64,000 nucleotides of DNA, taken from assembly GCA_032718475.1 (NCBI GenBank), contig JAUCBJ010005774.1:19472-83471 (forward strand), in the 5' to 3' direction. Below the pieces are notes generated by a model, which had not been told where the DNA came from, ran no database searches, and saw nothing but the letters and a program-made list of their open reading frames with translations. Shown in pieces: positions 41,001-50,000 of the stretch; position 1 is the first letter of the stretch; each line of letters opens with the position of its first letter. A program made the position numbers and the translations under genes. The DNA is from Nemertoderma westbladi. Taxonomy: Eukaryota > Animalia > Xenacoelomorpha.

Positions 41001-44000
41001 TTATATAGAAGCTATAACACCTACTCCTATTAGGTATTATTATAAACTAACCTGATTTAGGATCTATAGCAAACATAGACAAGGATGAGTCACTTGGTAT
41101 GGTGTAGGTCAGCTCACCATACAGCCCTGGGTCGGGGTCATTGGCCGACACACTGACTACCAGACTGCGGACAGGGGAATTCTCACTCAGTTCGGACACG
41201 TAGGGTGGTGGTGGGATGGAGGGGGCGTGGCTAATGGGAAAAATATTATAAAGAAATTAACAAAGAATTAATCGCCATTACCAATCAGTAAACATTTGCA
41301 AACAACCACCACAAGACATGGAAAAAAGTAAGTATAAAACACCTAAGAAATTAACATGTAATTAAAGTGTAACATGTTTTAAATAGTTGTTTTACAGGTT
41401 TCATTAGCCAATTAAAAAATTATTTAATTATTTCTGACTGTTAATAATAATTCGAACTAGCGGGAGCAATTAGCATGTACCATTAAATAATATCCGCACA
41501 GTGGCGCTGTTTATTTACTAAGATATTAATTATTGGCCTGTACCATTAAAATCCGCACAGTGGCGCTGTTTATACACTATCCTTTTCACTTGTACCATTA
41601 GTATCCGCACAGTGGCGCTGTTTATACACTATCCTTTGCACTTGTACCCTTAGTATCCGCACAGTGGCGCTGTTTATACACTATCATTTTCACTTGTACC
41701 ATTAGTATCCGCCCAGTGGCGCTGTTTATACACTATCCTTTTCACTTGTACCATTAGTATCCGCACAGTGGCGCTGTTTATACACTATCCTTTTCACTTG
41801 TACCATTAGTATCCGCCCAGTGGCGCTGTTTATACACTATCCTTTTCACTTGTACCATTAGTATCCGCACAGTGGCGCTGTTTATACACTATCCTTTTCA
41901 CTTGTACCATTAGTATCCGCCCAGTGGCGCTGTTTATACACTATCCTTTTCACTTGTACCATTAGTATCCGCCCAGTGGCGCTGTTTATACACTATCCTT
42001 TTCACTTATACCATTAGTATCCGCACAGTGGCGCTGTTTATACACTATCCTTTTCACTTGTACCATTAGTATCCGCCCAGTGGCGCTGTTTATACACTAT
42101 CCTTTTCACTTGTACCATTAGTATCCGCACAGTGGCGCTGTTTATACACTATCCTTTTCACTTGTACCATTAGTATCCGCCCAGTGGCGCTGTTTATACA
42201 CTATCCTTTTCACTTGTACCCTTAGTATCCGCACAGTGGCGCTGTTTATACACTATCCTTTTCACTTGTACCATTAGTATCCGCACAGTGGCGCTGTTTA
42301 TACACTATCCTTTTCACTTGTACCATTAGTATCCGCACAGTGGCGCTGTTTATACACTATCCTTTTCACTTGTACCATTAGTATCCGCCCAGTGGCGCTG
42401 TTTATACACTATCCTTTTCACTTGTACCCTTAGTATCCGCACAGTGGCGCTGTTTATACACTATCCTTTTCACTTGTACCATTAGTATCCGCACAGTGGC
42501 GCTGTTTATACACTATCCTTTTCACTTGTACCATTAGTATCCGCACAGTGGCGCTGTTTATACACTATCCTTTTCACTTGTACCATTAGTATCCGCACAG
42601 TGGCGCTGTTTATACACTATCCTTTTCACTTGTACCATTAGTATCCGCCCAGTGGCGCTGTTTATACACTATCCTTTTCACTTATACCATTAGTATCCGC
42701 ACAGTGGCGCTGTTTATACACTATCCTTTTCACTTGTACCATTAGTATCCGCCCAGTGGCGCTGTTTATACACTATCCTTTTCACTTGTACCATTAGTAT
42801 CCGCACAGTGGCGCTGTTTATACACTATCCTTTTCACTTGTACCATTAGTATCCGCCCAGTGGCGCTGTTTATACACTATCCTTTTCACTTGTACCATTA
42901 GTATCCGCACAGTGGCGCTGTTTATACACTATCCTTTTCACTTGTACCATTAGTATCCGCACAGTGGCGCTGTTTATACACTATCCTTTTCACTTGTACC
43001 ATTAGTATCCGCACAGTGGCGCTGTTTATACACTATCCTTTTCACTTGTACCATTAGTATCCGCACAGTGGCGCTGTTTATACATTCTCCTTTTCACTTG
43101 TACCATTAGTATCCGCACAGTGGCGCTGTTTATACACTACCCTTTTCACTTGTACCATTAGTATCCGCACAGTGGCGCTGTTTATACATTCTCCTTTTCA
43201 CTTGTACCCTTAGTATCCGCACAGTGGCGCTGTTTATACACTACCCTTTTCACTTGTACCATTAGTATCCGCACAGTGGCGCTGTTTATACACTATCCTT
43301 TTCACTTGTACCATTAGTATCCGCACAGTGGCGCTGTTTATACACTATCCTTTTCACTTGTACCATTAGTATCCGCACAGTGGCGCTGTTTATACATTCT
43401 CCTTTTCACTTGTACCCTTAGTATCCGCACAGTGGCGCTGTTTATACACTACCCTTTTCACTTGTACCATTAGTATCCGCACAGTGGCGCTGTTTATACA
43501 CTATCCTTTTCACTTGTACCATTAGTATCCGCCCAGTGGCGCTGTTTATACACTATCCTTTTCACTTATACCATTAGTATCCGCACAGTGGCGCTGTTTA
43601 TACACTATCCTTTTCACTTGTACCATTAGTATCCGCCCAGTGGCGCTGTTTATACACTATCCTTTTCACTTGTACCATTAGTATCCGCACAGTGGCGCTG
43701 TTTATACACTATCCTTTTCACTTGTACCATTAGTATCCGCCCAGTGGCGCTGTTTATACACTATCCTTTTCACTTGTACCATTAGTATCCGCACAGTGGC
43801 GCTGTTTATACACTATCCTTTTCACTTGTACCATTAGTATCCGCACAGTGGCGCTGTTTATACACTATCCTTTTCACTTGTACCATTAGTATCCGCACAG
43901 TGGCGCTGTTTATACACTATCCTTTTCACTTGTACCATTAGTATCCGCACAGTGGCGCTGTTTATACATTCTCCTTTTCACTTGTACCATTAGTATCCGC

Positions 44001-47000
44001 ACAGTGGCGCTGTTTATACACTACCCTTTTCACTTGTACCATTAGTATCCGCACAGTGGCGCTGTTTATACACTATCCTTTTCACTTGTACCCTTAGTAT
44101 CCGCACAGTGGCGCTGTTTATACACTATCCTTTTCACTTGTACCATTAGTATCCGCACAGTGGCGCTGTTTATACACTATCCTTTTCACTTATACCATTA
44201 GTATCCGCACAGTGGCGCTGTTTATACACTATCCTTTTCACTTGTACCATTAGTATCCGCACAGTGGCGCTGTTTATACACTATCCTTTTCACTTGTACC
44301 ATTAGTATCCGCACAGTGGCGCTGTTTATACACTATCCTTTTCACTTGTACCATTAGTATCCGCACAGTGGCGCTGTTTATACACTATCCTTTTCACTTG
44401 TACCATTAGTATCCGCACAGTGGCGCTGTTTATACATTCTCCTTTTCACTTGTACCATTAGTATCCGCACAGTGGCGCTGTTTATACACTACCCTTTTCA
44501 CTTGTACCATTAGTATCCGCACAGTGGCGCTGTTTATACATTCTCCTTTTCACTTGTACCATTAGTATCCGCACAGTGGCGCTGTTTATACACTATCCTT
44601 TTCACTTGTACCATTAGTATCCGCCCAGTGGCGCTGTTTATACACTATCCTTTTCACTTGTACCATTAGTATCCGCCCAGTGGCGCTGTTTATACACTAT
44701 CCTTTTCACTTATACCATTAGTATCCGCACAGTGGCGCTGTTTATACACTATCCTTTTCACTTGTACCATTAGTATCCGCCCAGTGGCGCTGTTTATACA
44801 CTATCCTTTTCACTTGTACCATTAGTATCCGCACAGTGGCGCTGTTTATACACTATCCTTTTCACTTGTACCATTAGTATCCGCACAGTGGCGCTGTTTA
44901 TACACTATCCTTTTCACTTGTACCATTAGTATCCGCACAGTGGTGCTGTTTATACACTATCCTTTTCACTTGTACCATTAGTATCCGCACAGTGGCGCTG
45001 TTTATACACTATCCTTTTCACTTGTACCATTGGTATCCGCACAGTGGCGCTGTTTATACACTATCCTTTTCACTTGTACCATTAGTATCCGCCCAGTGGC
45101 GCTGTTTATACACTATCCTTTTCACTTGTACCATTAGTATCCGCACAGTGGCGCTGTTTATACACTATCCTTTTCACTTGTACCATTAGTATCCGCACAG
45201 TGGCGCTGTTTATACACTATCCTTTTCACTTGTACCATTAGTATCCGCCCAGTGGCGCTGTTTATACACTATCCTTTTCACTTGTACCATTAGTATCCGC
45301 ACAGTGGCGCTGTTTATACACTATCCTTTTCACTTGTACCATTAGTATCCGCCCAGTGGCGCTGTTTATACACTATCCTTTTCACTTATACCATTAGTAT
45401 CCGCACAGTGGCGCTGTTTATACACTATCCTTTTCACTTGTACCATTAGTATCCGCCCAGTGGCGCTGTTTATACACTATCCTTTTCACTTGTACCATTA
45501 GTATCCGCACAGTGGCGCTGTTTATACACTATCCTTTTCACTTGTACCATTAGTATCCGCCCAGTGGCGCTGTTTATACACTATCCTTTTCACTTGTACC
45601 ATTAGTATCCGCACAGTGGCGCTGTTTATACACTATCCTTTTCACTTGTACCATTAGTATCCGCACAGTGGCGCTGTTTATACACTATCCTTTTCACTTG
45701 TACCATTAGTATCCCACAGTGGCGCTGTTTATACACTATCCTTTTCACTTGTACCATTAGTATCCGCACAGTGGCGCTGTTTATACATTCTCCTTTTCAC
45801 TTGTACCATTAGTATCCGCACAGTGGCGCTGTTTATACACTACCCTTTTCACTTGTACCATTAGTATCCGCACAGTGGCGCTGTTTATACACTATCCTTT
45901 TCACTTGTACCCTTAGTATCCGCACAGTGGCGCTGTTTATACACTATCCTTTTCACTTGTACCATTAGTATTCGCACAGTGGCGCTGTTTATACACTATC
46001 CTTTTCACTTATACCATTAGTATCCGCACAGTGGCGCTGTTTATACACTATCCTTTTCACTTGTACCATTAGTATCCGCACAGTGGCGCTGTTTATACAC
46101 TATCCTTTTCACTTGTACCATTAGTATCCGCACAGTGGCGCTGTTTATACATTCTCCTTTTCACTTGTACCATTAGTATCCGCACAGTGGCGCTGTTTAT
46201 ACACTATCCTTTTCACTTGTACCATTAGTATCCGCACAGTGGCGCTGTTTATACACTATCCTTTTCACTTGTACCATTAGTATCCGCACAGTGGCGCTGT
46301 TTATACATTCTCCTTTTCACTTGTACCATTAGTATCCGCACAGTGGCGCTGTTTATACACTACCCTTTTCACTTGTACCATTAGTATCCGCACAGTGGCG
46401 CTGTTTATACATTCTCCTTTTCACTTGTACCATTAGTATCCGCACAGTGGCGCTGTTTATACACTATCCTTTTCACTTGTACCATTAGTATCCGCCCAGT
46501 GGCGCTGTTTATACACTATCCTTTTCACTTGTACCATTAGTATCCGCCCAGTGGCGCTGTTTATACACTATCCTTTTCACTTATACCATTAGTATCCGCA
46601 CAGTGGCGCTGTTTATACACTATCCTTTTCACTTGTACCATTAGTATCCGCCCAGTGGCGCTGTTTATACACTATCCTTTTCACTTGTACCATTAGTATC
46701 CGCACAGTGGCGCTGTTTATACACTATCCTTTTCACTTGTACCATTAGTATCCGCACAGTGGCGCTGTTTATACACTATCCTTTTCACTTGTACCATTAG
46801 TATCCGCACAGTGGCGCTGTTTATACACTATCCTTTTCACTTGTACCATTAGTATCCGCACAGTGGCGCTGTTTATACACTATCCTTTTCACTTGTACCA
46901 TTGGTATCCGCACAGTGGCGCTGTTTATACACTATCCTTTTCACTTGTACCATTAGTATCCGCCCAGTGGCGCTGTTTATACACTATCCTTTTCACTTGT

Positions 47001-50000
47001 ACCATTAGTATCCGCACAGTGGCGCTGTTTATACACTATCCTTTTCACTTGTACCATTAGTATCCGCACAGTGGCGCTGTTTATACACTATCCTTTTCAC
47101 TTGTACCATTAGTATCCGCCCAGTGGCGCTGTTTATACACTATCCTTTTCACTTGTACCATTAGTATCCGCACAGTGGCGCTGTTTATACACTATCCTTT
47201 TCACTTGTACCATTAGTATCCGCCCAGTGGCGCTGTTTATACACTATCCTTTTCACTTGTACCATTAGTATCCGCCCAGTGGCGCTGTTTATACACTATC
47301 CTTTTCACTTGTACCATCAGTATCCGCACAGTGGCGCTGTTTATACACTATCCTTTTCACTTGTACCCTTAGTATCCGCACAGTGGCGCTGTTTATACAC
47401 TATCCTTTTCACTTGTACCCTTAGTATCCGCACAGTGGCGCTGTTTATACACTATCCTTTTCACTTGTACCATTAGTATCCGCACAGTGGCGCTGTTTAT
47501 ACACTATCCTTTTCACTTGTACCCTTAGTATCCGCACAGTGGCGCTGTTTATACACTACCCTTTTCACTTGTACCATTAGTATCCGCACAGTGGCGCTGT
47601 TTATACACTACCCTTTTCACTTATACCATTAGTATCCGCACAGTGGCGCTGTTTATACACTATCCTTTTCACTTGTACCCTTAGTATCCGCACAGTGGCG
47701 CTGTTTATACACTACCCTTTTCACTTGTACCATTAGTATCCGCACAGTGGCGCTGTTTATACACTACCCTTTTCACTTATACCATTAGTATCCGCACAGT
47801 GGCGCTGTTTATACACTATCCTTTTCACTTGTACCATTAGTATCCGCACAGTGGCGCTGTTTATACACTATCCTTTTCACTTGTACCATTAGTATCCGCA
47901 CAGTGGCGCTGTTTATACATTCTCCTTTTCACTTGTACCATTAGTATCCGCACAGTGGCGCTGTTTATACACTATCCTTTTCACTTGTACCATTAGTATC
48001 CGCACAGTGGCGCTGTTTATACACTATCCTTTTCACTTGTACCATTAGTATCCGCACAGTGGCGCTGTTTATACACTATCCTTTTCACTTGTACCATTAG
48101 TATCCGCACAGTGGCGCTGTTTATACATTCTCCTTTTCACTTGTACCATTAGTATCCGCACAGTGGCGCTGTTTATACACTACCCTTTTCACTTGTACCA
48201 TTAGTATCCGCACAGTGGCGCTGTTTATACATTCTCCTTTTCACTTGTACCATTAGTATCCGCACAGTGGCGCTGTTTATACACTACCCTTTTCACTTGT
48301 ACCATTAGTATCCGCACAGTGGCGCTGTTTATACACTATCCTTTTCACTTGTACCATTAGTATCCGCACAGTGGCGCTGTTTATACACTATCCTTTTCAC
48401 TTGTACCCTTAGTATCCGCACAGTGGCGCTGTTTATACACTACCCTTTTCACTTGTACCATTAGTATCCGCACAGTGGCGCTGTTTATACACTATCCTTT
48501 TCACTTGTACCATTAGTATCCGCACAGTGGCGCTGTTTATACACTATCCTTTTCACTTGTACCATTAGTATCCGCACAGTGGCGCTGTTTATACATTCTC
48601 CTTTTCACTTGTACCCTTAGTATCCGCACAGTGGCGCTGTTTATACACTACCCTTTTCACTTGTACCATTAGTATCCGCACAGTGGCGCTGTTTATACAC
48701 TATCCTTTTCACTTGTACCATTAGTATCCGCACAGTGGCGCTGTTTATACACTATCCTTTTCACTTGTACCCTTAGTATCCGCACAGTGGCGCTGTTTAT
48801 ACACTACCCTTTTCACTTGTACCATTAGTATCCGCACAGTGGCGCTGTTTATACACTATCCTTTTCACTTGTACCATTAGTATCCGCACAGTGGCGCTGT
48901 TTATACACTATCCTTTTCACTTGTACCATTAGTATCCGCACAGTGGCGCTGTTTATACATTCTCCTTTTCACTTGTACCCTTAGTATCCGCACAGTGGCG
49001 CTGTTTATACACTACCCTTTTCACTTGTACCATTAGTATCCGCACAGTGGCGCTGTTTATACACTATCCTTTTCACTTGTACCATTAGTATCCGCCCAGT
49101 GGCGCTGTTTATACACTATCCTTTTCACTTATACCATTAGTATCCGCACAGTGGCGCTGTTTATACACTATCCTTTTCACTTGTACCATTAGTATCCGCC
49201 CAGTGGCGCTGTTTATACACTATCCTTTTCACTTGTACCATTAGTATCCGCACAGTGGCGCTGTTTATACACTATCCTTTTCACTTGTACCATTAGTATC
49301 CGCCCAGTGGCGCTGTTTATACACTATCCTTTTCACTTGTACCATTAGTATCCGCACAGTGGCGCTGTTTATACACTATCCTTTTCACTTGTACCATTAG
49401 TATCCGCACAGTGGCGCTGTTTATACACTATCCTTTTCACTTGTACCATTAGTATCCGCACAGTGGCGCTGTTTATACACTATCCTTTTCACTTGTACCA
49501 TTAGTATCCGCACAGTGGCGCTGTTTATACATTCTCCTTTTCACTTGTACCATTAGTATCCGCACAGTGGCGCTGTTTATACACTACCCTTTTCACTTGT
49601 ACCATTAGTATCCGCACAGTGGCGCTGTTTATACACTATCCTTTTCACTTGTACCCTTAGTATCCGCACAGTGGCGCTGTTTATACACTATCCTTTTCAC
49701 TTGTACCATTAGTATCCGCACAGTGGCGCTGTTTATACACTATCCTTTTCACTTGTACCATTAGTATCCGCACAGTGGCGCTGTTTATACATTCTCCTTT
49801 TCACTTGTACCATTAGTATCCGCACAGTGGCGCTGTTTATACACTATCCTTTTCACTTGTACCATTAGTATCCGCACAGTGGCGCTGTTTATACACTATC
49901 CTTTTCACTTGTACCATTAGTATCCGCACAGTGGCGCTGTTTATACACTACCCTTTTCACTTGTACCATTAGTATCCGCACAGTGGCGCTGTTTATACAT

